A DNA stretch of 64,000 bases, taken from assembly GCF_963921235.1 (NCBI RefSeq), contig NC_086097.1, forward strand, positions 8,928,001 to 8,992,000, read 5' to 3'. Of this stretch, positions 23,797 to 35,705 are shown one piece after another. The stretch comes from Mobula hypostoma. Its lineage: Eukaryota. The notes beneath the pieces are model-generated. The model made no database searches and was not told where the DNA came from. It saw only the letters and a list, made by a program, of their open reading frames with translations. The position numbers and the translations under genes were made by a program. Within the stretch, counting starts at the first letter, position 1, and each line of letters starts with the position of its first letter.

Positions 23797-24890
23797 TGAA
23801 TTGAATTGACTTTATTTCTTATATCCTTCACATGCATGAGGAGTAAAAATCTTTAAGTTACATCTCTGTCTGAATGTGTAATATGCAATCATAGTAATTT
23901 ATAATTTATATTAAATGGAATAGTCAATGTAATATAGAATACACTCAAATCAGTGTGAGTTCATCAGTCTGATGGTCTGGTGGAAGAAGCTGTCCCAGAG
24001 CCTGTTGGTCCTGGCTTTTATGCTGCGGTACCGTTTTCCGGATGGTAGCAGCTGGAATAGTTTGTGGTTGGGGTGACTCAGGTACCCAATGATCTTACGG
24101 GCCCTTTTTACACACATGTCTTTGTAAATGTCCTGAATCACAGAAGTTCGCAACTACAGATACGCTGGGCTGTCCGCACCACTCTCTGCAGAGTTCCTGC
24201 GATTAAGAGAGGTACAGTTTCCATACCAGGCAGTGATGCAGCCAGTCAGGAAACTCTCAATTGTGCCCCTGTAGAAAGTTCTTAGGATTTGGGGGACCCA
24301 CACCAATCTTCCTCAACTGTCTGAGGTGAAAGAGGCACTGTTGTGCCTTTTTAACCACAAAGCTGGTGTGTACAGACCACGTGAGGTCCTCGGTGATGTG
24401 GATACAGAGGAACTTAAAGCTGTTTACCTTCTCAACCCCAGATCCATTGATGCCAATAGGGGTTAGCCTGTCTGCATTCCTTCTGTAGTCCACAACCAAC
24501 TCCTTTGTCAATGTAGTGTTGTTGGCAAATTTAATTAGCAGATTAGAGCTGTGAGTGGTGACACAGTCATGGGTATACAGGGAGTAAATGAGGAGACTTA
24601 GTACACAGCCCTGAGAGGCTCCTGTATTCAGAGTCAGAGGGTTGGAGTTGAGGGAGCCCACTCTTACCACCTGCCAGCAATCTGACAGAAAGTCCAGGAT
24701 CCAGATGCACAAGGCAGGGTCAAGGCCAAGGTCTCTGAGCTTCTTGTCGAGCCTGGATGGAACTATGGCATTGAATGCTAAACTGTAGTCCAAGTACAGC
24801 ATTCTCACATAAGCATCCTTCTTCTCCAGATGTGTAAGGACAGTATGTAGAACAGTGGCTATTGCGTGGAAGGTCGATCAGTTGTGAATC
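23797..24890 (-). mobile_element. Rex1/Babar LINE RT fragment
   Basis: ORF 24257-24808 (RMLYLDYSLAFNAIVP, GASQGCVLS, FKFLCIHITEDLTWS) and ORF 23950-24153 (HPNHKLFQLLPSGKRYRSIK). (TTGAA)n tail. Confidence 0.85.
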
Positions 24891-25924
24891 CAGGACATCT
24901 TTAAAGAGCGATGCCTCAAAAAGACAGCATTCATCATTAAGAACTTCCATCACCCTCTTCGCATTGCTACCATCAAAGAGGTACAGAAGCCTGAAGACAC
25001 TCACTTAATAATTCAGGAACAGCTTCTTCCCCTCTGCCATCTGATTTCTGAATGGACAATGAATCCATGAATACTACCTCACTACTTTGTTTGCACTACT
25101 TGTTTAATTTAACTTTTTAATACATGTATAGTTCATACTGTAATTCAACAGTTTCCTTTTATTATGTATTGCACGTACTCCTGCTGCATAACAATAAATT
25201 TCACAACATATGCCAATGATATTAAACCTGATTCTGAACGATTCCCTTCTTGAGCACCACCAGCACTCTCATTCCCTCGAACTTTTTAAGCTTCCAATGC
25301 CAACTTGCTGTCAGTTTAATTACTTGGAAAATTCAATTAAAAAATGAATTATCAAGAGTAGACTGTATTTGACATTTTTATATCAATGATCCAACTCTGA
25401 CAACAAAAAGGTTTGGGTCAGCTTCTGGAAAAATGATTTCATGTCATCTAGTAATCTGAGAGAATAAACAGCGCTATATGCTAGTCTCAGCAGGCACATA
25501 AAATATTGCATTTCAAACGAAATTAAGAAGTTACAGAAGTCTAGACATAATTAAAATTGGAAAAGCATGTCGGTGGAAATCAATTTACAGATACATCATA
25601 ATCTGTGTCAGACTGGACCACCTTAATGTTTTGTTGTTTTGATAGCAATTTTGAGGCAGGCACTAATAAATTCTGTATAATGCAAGGGAATCTAGAGTAT
25701 TCAGTGGCATTTTTTAAAAGAGTAGGAGAACTTTTCCAAGGAAGCCCTGACTTATTTATCATTAGAATGGATTAGCCGGTGCTTTATCTCTTTGCAATTT
25801 ATAGCATCTTGCTTGTGTCTCACCCAAATCTTCCATAATTTACAGCCTGTAAGGCATTTGTCCATGCATTTCATGATCTGTTGAACAGAGTCTGGTTTGC
25901 CATCATCACTAAGTGCACCGTATA

Positions 25925-26525
25925 AATAGAAGAGAATCTGCAGATACTGGACATCCGGAGTAACACACATGAAATGCTGGAGGAGCTCAGCAGGTCAAAC
26001 AGCATTGATGGAAATGAATAAGTAGTTGACGTTTCAGGCCAAGACCCTTCTTTAGGGCTAAGAAAGAGGGGGAAGGTGCTTGAATAAAAAGGAGGCAAAG
26101 CTGGAAGGTGATAGGTGCAGCCAGGTGACTGAGAAAAGTCAAGGGCTGGAGAAGAAGGAATCTGATAAAAAAGGAGCATTGGAGAGGGCCATTGGAGAAA
26201 GGGAAGGGGGAGGGTACCCAGAGGGAAGTGATAGGCAGATGAGAAGAGGTAAAAGGTCACAGTGGTGAATAAAGGAGGGGGGTGGGAGGGGAGTTTGTTT
26301 ACCGGAAGTTCGAGAAATCAATATTCATGCCGTCAGGTTGGAGATAACCCACTCGGAATATAATGTGTTGCCCCTCCACCTTGAGAGTGGCCTCATCTTA
26401 GCACAAGAGGAAGCCATGGACGAACATGTCAGAACAGGAACAGAAACTGGAATTAAGATGTTTGGCCTCCGGAAAGTCCTTCATGTGGTAGATGGTGCGG
26501 AGGTGCTCGATGAAGCGGTCCCCAT
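25925..26525 (-). mobile_element. PLE 3' fragment (GIY-YIG C-terminus and 3' repeat)
   Basis: The minus strand matches the 3' part of the PLE at 35620-38731 (gatggggaccgcttcatcgagcacct, ggcatgaatattgatttctcgaacttccggtaa, gaaacgtcaact). Confidence 0.8.
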
Positions 26526-27414
26526 CTGTAAGGATATTTGTACGTTCTCCCCATGAACGCATGGGTTTCTTCCTGGTGCTCCAGTTTCCTTCCTCTGTCC
26601 AAAGATACAGCAGTTAGTAGGTTAACTGGTCATTGTAACCTGCCTTGTGATTAGCTTAGGCTTAAATAGGTGGGTTGCTGCATGGTGTGTGTCTTGGGTT
26701 GGAAAGTTCTGTTCATTTCTCAATAAAAAATAAATGACTAACTACTTAGGCTAGAATGGAGAAATATTAAACTATTTAAAAACAGAAAATACTGGAACAT
26801 CTCAGCATCAGAGGAAAGAGAAACCGAGTTAACATTTCAGGTAGATTACCACCTCATTTCTATACTCCCAGCAATTACTTGCCACTTTAAAGTGTATAAT
26901 TGCAGTCTTTTGCCTCCTGTGTCAGGCTTGAGTGATTGACCTGTCCACCAAAGTATTACCGATGAGGATCTTGGTCTGAAACAGGATTTTCACTGAAACT
27001 AATTGAAATTCAAAGTACATTTATTATCAATGTGTGTATACTATATACAAACTTGAAATTCACTTCCTTACAGGCAGCTACAAAAGAAACCCAACAGAAT
27101 CCATTAAAGAATCTTGGGTCCGGTCCCTACTGCCTCGACTCTGTTCAGGTGGACTTGAGGAATTTTACAGAGAAAACATAAGTGATATTGCTTCAGTACA
27201 CTGAAATGCCTGCAGTAAATTGTCCACATCACGGAATGATACTGAGAAAGGTGATCTTTGGTCTACTGATCATGACCTTTCTTGCTGACTTTGTGCAGGT
27301 CTTTAAGCAATCGTTTCCTCAGACCCCCTAAGCAGAGCTGATGTACCAACAGCAATCAGGGTGAATTCCATCAGCAATATAGACCTTCACGACAGGTAGC
27401 TCCTGAGATATGAA

Positions 27415-27850
27415 AGATCAATCAGGATTTAATATCATTGGCATGTGTCGTGAAATTTGTTAACTTTGTGGCAGTACAATGCAATACATGATAAATGTAG
27501 AAAATAAACTGAAAAACATTAAGCATATGTATGTATATTAAATAATTAAATTAAATAAATAGTGCAAAGACAGAAATAAAAAGTATTGAGGTCGTATTCA
27601 TGGGTTCATGTCCATTTAGAAATTGGATGGCAGAAGAGAAGAAGTTGTTCCTGAATCATTGAATGTGTATCTTCAGACCTCTGTACCTCCTTCCTGATGG
27701 GAACAATGAGAAGAGGACATGTCCTGGGTGCTTGTGGTCCTTATTGATGGACATTGCCTTTCTGAGGCACCACTCCTTGAAGATTCTTGGATACTACAGA
27801 GGCTGATACACACGATAGAGCTGATTAATTGTACAACTTTCTGCAACTTA
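27415..27850 (-). mobile_element. Rex1/Babar-type 3' fragment
   Basis: aatcaggatttaatatca tail and the ctgtacctccttcctgatgg block. Confidence 0.65.
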
Positions 27851-27879
27851 CATGAAAGTTGGTTCCTGTTTTCCTGAAT

Positions 27880-28130
27880 TTTGTTATGGAACTTTTCTTA
27901 TCAGCTGGGCAGTGTTGTGCAGTGGCAGCAGATTGGTAGAGGATCTTTACTGTGAAGCCAAGTCCATTGTATGCTTCAGCGAATAAGTCAAGAATGGCCT
28001 GGAATTTGGCCTCCAAATTTGCACGTGTACCGAAGGTCTGCTTCTTATGATGTGGGATTGACCTTGGTTCCACAGTCAAAGTGATGAAGTTTGAATAGCT
28101 TCTAAATTTATCCACTGGAGTCGGAAACCA
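27880..28130 (-). mobile_element. Very degenerate RTE-type RT relic
   Basis: EAKFQAILDLFAEAYNGLGFTV resembles the segment after the catalytic ADD motif of RTE RTs. Confidence 0.45.
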
Positions 28131-28240
28131 GCTGAAGAGGAGTTGCAGTATGCAGAAAGGAAGATTGAGAATACTACAGAATTGTTGACAGATCTTTGCT
28201 TGGGAAGTTGTTCATGGTGAACCCATCAGTTAGAATCTAG

Positions 28241-28963
28241 TCACAGACAAGAAAAAATCTGCAGATGCTGGAAATCCAAGCAACACACACAAAATATTGG
28301 AGTGACTTAGCAGGCCAGGCAACATCTATGGAAATGAGTATCGTTGACATTTCGAGCTGAGACCCTTTAGCAGGACTGGAGAAAAATAAAAAGAAGAGGA
28401 GTAGAGTTAAAAGGGTGGTGGAGGGAGAGGAGAGAGAAACAGAAGGCGATAGATGAAATTGGGAGGCAGAGGGGTGAAGTGAAGAGCTGGGAAGTTGATT
28501 GGTGAAAGAGAGATGCCCTGGAGAAGGGGGAATCTAATAGAAGAGGGCAGAAGGCCCTGGAAAAAAAAAAGAAAGGGGATGGGGGAGCACCAGAGATGGA
28601 CAGGCAAGGTTATAGGGAAAAGAGGATGGGAATGGTGAAGGGGGAACATCTTCTGATAATGGTTCCCCTCCTTCACTCTTCACCATTCCCTTTTCCCTAT
28701 CTCCCCTTTGTTTTTTTCCATGGCCTTCTGACCTTCCCTATTAGATTCCCCCTTCTCCAGCCTGTATCTCTTTCAACAACCAACTTCCCAACTCCTCACT
28801 TCACCCCTCCATCCTCCCAGTTTCACCTATCACCTTGTGTTCCTCCCTTCCCTCCCCACCACCTTTTAACTCCACTGAAGGGTGTCGGCCCAAAACGTCA
28901 ACTATACTCTTTTCCATAGATGTTGCCTGGCTTGCTGAGTTCCTGCAGCATTTTGTGTGTGTT
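28241..28963. mobile_element. Long PLE-derived fold-back insertion
   Basis: A purine-rich antisense arm (about 28241-28650) followed by a pyrimidine-rich sense arm (about 28660-28963). TSD-like CCAT(CA/TG)GTTAGAAT at 28223-28236 and 28964-28977. Confidence 0.8.
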
Positions 28964-29215
28964 CCATTGGTTAGAATAATGATTTCTATGTTTTATAATG
29001 TTGAATAGAGATGAACTTCTGGAGGAATTCAAATTTGAGATAAATTTTCTTGAATTTCTATCCAAATCAATGTTTTTAAAGTGTTAAAAAGGCCATTTTG
29101 GGATGCTGCTATTACACTTCTTGCTATTGTCACACTCTACTTCATGCCCATTGTGTCTTTAGTTGAGTGGAACTCACACAGATTTGGAGAGAAACGATCC
29201 AACTATTAGGATGTT

Positions 29216-29486
29216 CTAGTTGAGTAAAACGCTTTCAAAGAATCTCAATAACGAAACACGACTAACTGCTTCCTGCACGCCACAGATTGCGTCTTTGACT
29301 TTTGCACAGATATCTTTTATTGTCTTCACTAAATTTACGAATATGTTCTCTGTGCAGCTAAGCACAGCTCCAGAGCAATCTATAAAATTAAGGACAGTCT
29401 TGATTTTGGCCAAACCATTGTGAAGTGTGGGACAAAATCTCTTGTTGAGTAGTGCTGTAATAAAAACCTCATGCACAATATAATGT
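29216..29486 (-). CDS. Candidate host coding exon of about 89 codons, product uncertain
   Basis: Acceptor ccctctgttttgtag directly precedes an open frame HYIVHEVFITALLNKRFCPTLHNGLAK...LLRFFESVLLN* in non-repetitive DNA. Confidence 0.3.
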
Positions 29487-29704
29487 CTACAAAACAGAGG
29501 GACTAATAGTTGACTTCAGAAATTGAAGTTAAGAGATCACTTTCCAGTTCACATTGGTGGATCAGAAATAGACAGAGTCAGCAGCTTTAAATTCTTAAGC
29601 ATTAAGATCTCAGATGACCTGCCCTGATGCTAGTACACTATCCTTGAAGGTCGAGAAGAAATGGCTTATCACTACGTAGTCTAACAATCATTGAATGTAG
29701 AGCA

Positions 29705-30075
29705 AAGAACAAAGAACATAGAAATCTACAGCACATTACAGGCCCTTTGGCCCACAATGTTGTGGCGACCATGTAACCTACTCTAGAAACTGTCTAGAAT
29801 GTTCCTAGCGCATAGCCCTCTATTTTTCTAAGCTCCATGTACCTACCTAAGGGTCTCTTAAAAGACCCTATTGTATCCTCTTCCACCACCGCCACCAGCA
29901 GTGCATTCCATGCACCCACCGCTCTCTGTGAGAAAAACTTTACCCTGACATCCCCTGAGTACCTATTTCTGAGCACCTCAAAACTATGCCCCCTCGTGTA
30001 AGCCAATTCAGCCCTGGGAAAAAGCCTCTGGTTATCCACACGCTCAATGCCCTCACATCTCATACACCTCTATCG
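29705..30075 (-). mobile_element. CR1 3' end
   Basis: RLFPRAELAYTRGHSFEV...FFSQRAVGAWNAL (29794-30063); aagaacatagaa tail. Confidence 0.8.
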
Positions 30076-31209
30076 GTGATATAAAATATCATTACTGGTA
30101 TCAATATTGAAAGTATCCTGATTGGATGCATCAAAGTTCAAAATGAATTTATTATCAAAGTACATACGTCACCATTTACAACCCTGAGATTCATTAATTG
30201 TGGGCATTCACAGCAAATCCAAGAAACATGGAAGAGTCATGAAAAAACACACCCAACAGGATGTGCAAAAGATGACAAACTCTGTAAATACAAAAGAAAT
30301 AAAAATAAATGAGCAATAAATATTGAGAAATGAGAGGAAGAGTCCTTGAAAGTAAGTCCATAGATTGTGGGAACAGTTTAGTGATGGTGAGAGTGAAGTT
30401 ATCCCCAATTATTCAAGAGTCTGATGGGTTGAGGTATAATTGCTCCTAAATATAACTGTTCCTGAACCTGATGGTCAGAGTCTGGGGGCTTTTGTACCTT
30501 CCTCCTGATGGCAACAGTGAGAAGAGAACATGGCTTGCGTAACGGTGTGGTACAGCAATTCCAAAACAACAGGAACACTCGGGGCTGCAGAGAGTTGTGG
30601 GCACAGCATGTTCTATTATGAGCACAGCCGTCCCCACAGCTGAAGCATTTCTGAGATGATTACTCATTACAGCACTTGAAAAGGACCCCACTTTGTGCTA
30701 CTACCATCAGGCAGGCCTGAAATCCCACACCACCAGATCCAGCAACAGCTACTTTCCTATCATCATCAGGTTCTTAAATTGATCAACACAACCCAAAACC
30801 TCCTTCAGCAATGAATACCATGGGTCACCTCGTGCACTGCCACAGACTTGTCCCTGAATGTCTTTATTTCTCTCCCTTTTCACTCTTGTATAAAATCACA
30901 TATAATCTCTCCATAATTTATTTTTTTTTTATCTCGGTTGATGCTACACTGTTGTGCAAAAGTCCTAGGCACACCTCCCCACAAGCTCCTAATGAAATAT
31001 AACTGCTGTCATATTTTCTTTGTAATTGCATCAGAATGTAGGGCCCAGGGTAGATCTTCAGAGATGTTGGCATCCAGGAACCTGAAACTGCTCCCCCTTT
31101 TCACTGCTGATCCCTCAATGATGGCTGGTGAGCTTCACCAGTGGAACAAACCTTCTACTTCTTTGCTGAACACACATTTTCATAGGTTTGGCTTCTTTCG
31201 TTGGAGTAT

Positions 31210-31530
31210 TTAACCTATCGTGTCTGCTGCACCATCCCATCATGGCTGATTTATTATCCTTCTCAGGCCCATTCTTCTACCTTCTCCCCGTAACCTCTTA
31301 TGCCCTGACCAATCAAGAATCTATTAACGCTCACCTTAAATGTACCCAATGACTTGGCCTCCACAGCTGTCTGTGGCAATAAATTCCACAGATTTACCAC
31401 CCACTAACTAAAGACATTTTTCCTCATTTCTGTTCTAAATGGATGTCTGCTATTCTCTGGCTGTGCCCTTCGGTCCTAGATTCCCCCACTATAGGAAACG
31501 TTCTCTCCACATCCTCTCTATCTAGACATT
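31210..31530 (-). mobile_element. CR1 3' end
   Basis: cccaatgacttggcctccacagctgtctgtggcaataaattccacagatttaccacc block shared with 3090-3430. Confidence 0.75.
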
Positions 31531-32417
31531 TTCCCTTCCATCAGTGGTGAAGGAGCAGTTTGTCTCTATGAAGAAAGTGAGCGAGTGTTGTCTCAAGTTT
31601 GGATTAGAAATCCTCCTTGACATCATCTTGAGAAGGCGGATTGTGTCCTGCAATGGTTTGACAGCAATTAATGTGCAAATTTTTTGAATAAAATGCACTT
31701 TAACAAAAGACATCAAAGTAAACAAAAGGGTTTGAAATTTCTTAAGCTCTCAAGCTCATCATACTTTTGGCATCTTTATGAAAATTCTTATTATCATAGA
31801 GATTCTCCGTAACCTATTTTTTCAAATGCATTTACCTGCTTTCACTTTTAAAACAAAGGCCACTTCTGTCTACATTTCTGCAAAATAATTAGACGTACTT
31901 ATAAACCAGCCCCGAAAATAAACAGCTGCAAAAAATTGTCTTAATCTCCCTTCCTTTTTCTATATGATTGCCTTGAATTCATGCCCTATAGTTACCAACC
32001 CACTAACAAGAATATGCTTTGATCAGACATCCTTTCAACCATCTTTGATCTCCAGAGAATTGTACCAGTTTTTCTAATCCATTTTTCATAACCAAAGTCT
32101 CTCATCCCTGATAACAACCTGGCAAGTCTCTTGTTCTCTACAGGGCCTTGAATTCCTTCCTAAAAGGCATACCAAACTGGGAGTATACAGTCTTTTACAG
32201 TGATTTCTATTAACTGTAGCTGGTACTACACTTAAGGGATTTGCGATGGGTCCTCAACTACTTATAACGAAGGGGCTATGCATATACTCACTCACTCAGC
32301 AAAATCAACATGTATTTCCTGTCCAAGATTTCCTTTGTGAAGGCGTTTTTTTTTAAATTGTTCAGTTTTATTTTATTTTGTCTGTATTAATAATCTTCCA
32401 AGAAGATCACTTGCCAG

Positions 32418-32622
32418 CTGGTGATGTAGTGGCATTGGCGCTGGGCTTGGAGGTGAGTGGTCCCGGGTTCGAATCCAGCCAGCTCCTTGCATGCTTTCCA
32501 TCCGTGCTGGGTTGTGTGTTAAACTATCAACTCAGCCTCACAAGAAACAGTCAAAAAACGCTAAAGAAATGGCAAAGTTGCAACTAGATGCACCACAAAG
32601 TGCAGAAAGGGACAACAAGAGG
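32418..32622 (+). mobile_element. tRNA-derived SINE (second type)
   Basis: A-box-like TGGTGATGTAGTGG and B box GGTTCGAATCC, followed by a non-tRNA body. Confidence 0.6.
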
Positions 32623-32624
32623 AC

Positions 32625-32998
32625 CATACCTTGTCGTAGGGTTTGGAGGCTCGATGACCTGGAGAGTTATGTTGATTGGAGTCAAGGCTTTGTGCTTTGA
32701 CTCTTGGTAAGGTTACCTGCGCCAAACAGGTCAAAGGGTAGAGGCCAGATCAAGAGAGGTCCGCCGATACTCCAGGTTCAGGGGTTCAACTCAGCCCTAA
32801 CAACCCAGACCGGTAAACCAAAATTGTTATGGAAACAACATTGAAGATGCCTTCCTTATCTGTGTGCAATGGTATTCCCGAGTCTACACCTGGAGCTTGT
32901 GTGAGTGACATGAGTGAAAACAGAGGGGAAGCTACTGGCATGATGAAGGAAGCCCTGATGGGGATGGACAGACAGATTTGGAGGGCCTTCATTGCTGT
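32625..32998 (+). mobile_element. Internally deleted RTE-like (Expander/Rex3-type) element
   Basis: ggtaaggttacctgcgccaaacaggtcaaagggtagaggccaga resembles RTE 5' UTRs, and gatttggagggccttcattgctg resembles RTE ORF ends. Recognised from memory only. Confidence 0.4.
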
Positions 32999-33002
32999 AA
33001 GT

Positions 33003-34050
33003 AAAGTGCATTATCACCCAGTGGCAGTTATATCCACAGTGATGAAATGTTTTGAGAGGCTGGTGTTGAAATATATCAGCTCCTGTCAGAGTGGTGACGA
33101 GTATCCACTCCGCTTTGCCTACCAGAGTACCAGGTCAACAGCAGATGCTATCTCATTGGCTCTTCACACAACCCTGGAACATCTGGAGAACAAAAAGGCA
33201 TATGTTGGGATGCTCTTTATCAATTACAATTCAGCATTTAATACCATCATCCCCTCAGAATAAATCTATAAACTCCAAGACCTGAGCTTCGGTACCCTTT
33301 TATGCAACTGGATCCCAGATTATCTTACTTGCAAACCCCAGTCAGTTCGGATTGGCAAAAACATCTCCTCTATAATATCTCCATCAGCACAGGTGCACCA
33401 CAGGGCTGTGTGCTCATTCCCCCTGCCCTACTCACTTTACACCTATGACTGTGTGGCCAAGTACAGCTCCAACATCGTACACAGGCTTGCTGATGACACC
33501 ACTGTCGTGGGCTGTATCGCAGTATCAAAATGGATGATGAATCAGCATACAGAAGGGAGACTGAACATCTGGTTGAGTGATGTAATAACAACAGCCTCAA
33601 CTCGATGTCAATAAGACCAAGGAACTGATTGTAGACTTCTGGAGAGAGAAACTAGAGGTCCATGAGCTAGTTCTCATTGGAGGATTGGAGGTAGAGAAGG
33701 TCAATAACTTTAAATTCATGGGTGTCACTATCTCAGGAGACCAATCCTGATTCATCATATGAATGTAATTGCAAAGAAAGCACAACAGCACCTCTACTTC
33801 CTTAGAAGGCTGCGGAGATTCGGCATGACATCGAAAACCTTGACAAACTTCTATGGATGTGTAGTGGAATGTGTCCTGACTGGTTGCATTACAACTAGGT
33901 ATGGGAACACCAATGCCTTTGAATAGAAAATCCTACAAAAGGTAGTGGATTCTATAGATTTGTTGAGTATGCCCGCAGGAAAAAGAATCTCGGGTTGTAT
34001 CTGGTGACATGTACAGTATGTACTCTGATAATAAATTTTACTTTTTACCT
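33003..34050 (+). mobile_element. Rex1/Babar LINE RT fragment
   Basis: YHPVAVISTVMKCFERLV...FAYQSTRSTADAI...MLFINYNSAFNTIIP (32829-33263) and LYTYDCV...LADDTTVVG. Confidence 0.85.
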
Positions 34051-34119
34051 TATGAAAGCTTGTAGTCTAGGAGAAAGGGCAGAAGTCTTGAACTTCCTTA
34101 ATTGAAAGTTTCAATTCAT

Positions 34120-34920
34120 TTTAATTTATGTTATTTAGAGACGAAGCAGCACAGAACAGGTCCTTTAGACCAAAGGACCTGCGTTGCCCGCAGTCCCCGA
34201 ATTTCACCCCAGTCTAATCGCAGGACAGTCTACAATGACCAATTAACCTCATAACCGGGACCTGTTTGGGCTGTGGGAGGAAACCCACATGCTCATGGGA
34301 AGGAGATACAAACTTGGTACAGATGGTGTCGGAACACTGAACTCTAGCACCCTGAGCTGTTATAACATTGCACTAACTGCTATGCTATTGGCACCCCATT
34401 TCTGTAACTATGATAGAGAATTGTATCAGTCTCTGCCATTCGTTTGGATTCATCAGCTGTGCGGAGTGGAAACGAGCCTGCCGCATGGGCAACAGCTTGC
34501 TGGGCACATCGTACTGCCCTGGCTTGTGAACTGGTTTGCGTAAACAGCTAGGACACAACATTCATGGTCGACCTTGATTAATGGAGGGCCAAAATCTATA
34601 AAGAAATTAAGGATTTTTAATGAGACCATTTAATTAATTAATTTATTTACTTATTGAGCTACAGCACAGAATATGCCCTTCGAGCCACACTGCCCAGCAA
34701 TTCTCTGTTTTAGTTCTAGCCTAATCATGGGACAATTTACAATAACCAACTAACCTATTAACTGATACACCTTTGGCCTTTGTGAAGAAACCTGAGCACC
34801 CGAAGGAAACCCACACGGTCATGGGGAAAACAAACAACCTCCTTACAGGCAGCTGTAGGAAGTGAACCCGGACACCTGAGCTGTAAAACGTTGTGCTAAC
34901 CACCACACTACCTTGCCACC
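34120..34920 (-). mobile_element. Two V-SINE-like copies (about 34120-34395 and 34640-34920) flanking a short unclassified repeat (about 34415-34590)
   Basis: gggcaatttacaat...accaattaacct...tgtgggaggaaacc blocks as in 20480-20775. Confidence 0.6.
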
Positions 34921-35705
34921 CTCATTGTCTTGTTCCTTTGTCTTTCAAACTGTAGGAATAAAGTTTGGGGGATTCCATTATCAAATAAGAATCTTTATTG
35001 TCTCAGGATTTGTTTTGTCAATGAACATGCTTCAAAGTTGTTGCAGCAGGTGAAGATCTTCCTATTGATTCCAACATCTGAACCTAGTAACCCAATTTAT
35101 GGAAAATAGTTCACATTTAACAAGATAAGAGCCCATGGAATTATGGGAAAGTTACATACGTGGATAGAGCCTTGGCTGATTGGCAGGAAACAGAGAGTGT
35201 GGATAAAGGGATCCTATTCTGGTTGGCTGCCGGTTACTGGTGGTTTTCCACAGGGGTCCGTGTTGGGGCCGCTTCTTTTTACATTGTACATCAACGACTT
35301 GGATTATAGAATAGATGGCTTTGTGGCTAAGTTTGCTGACGATACAAAGATGGGTGGAGGGGCCGGTATTGCTGAGGAAACAAAGAGTCTGCAGAGAGAC
35401 TTGGATAGATTGGAAGAATGGGCAAAGAAGTGGCGAATGAAATATAATGTTGGAAAGTGTATGGTTATGCACTTTGGCAGAAGAAATAAACGGGCAGACT
35501 ATTATTTAAATGGGGAAAAAATTCAAAGTTCTGAGATGCAACGGGACTTGGGAGTCCTCGTACAAGATACCCTTAAGGTTAACCTCCAGGTTGAATCAGT
35601 AGTAAAGAAGGCAAATGCACTTTCTTCGCCGTCTGTAATGGTCCTACCCGTTATTTCATCCTCCGTCGGATTCACGCCTGCAATCGCCGTTTTTTTGACT
35701 TTGTC

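Noticed and set aside
32418..32480. tRNA-like A/B boxes (also about 15000-15068 and 54885-54951)
   Set aside because: No complete cloverleaf; they continue into SINE bodies, two of them with TSDs.
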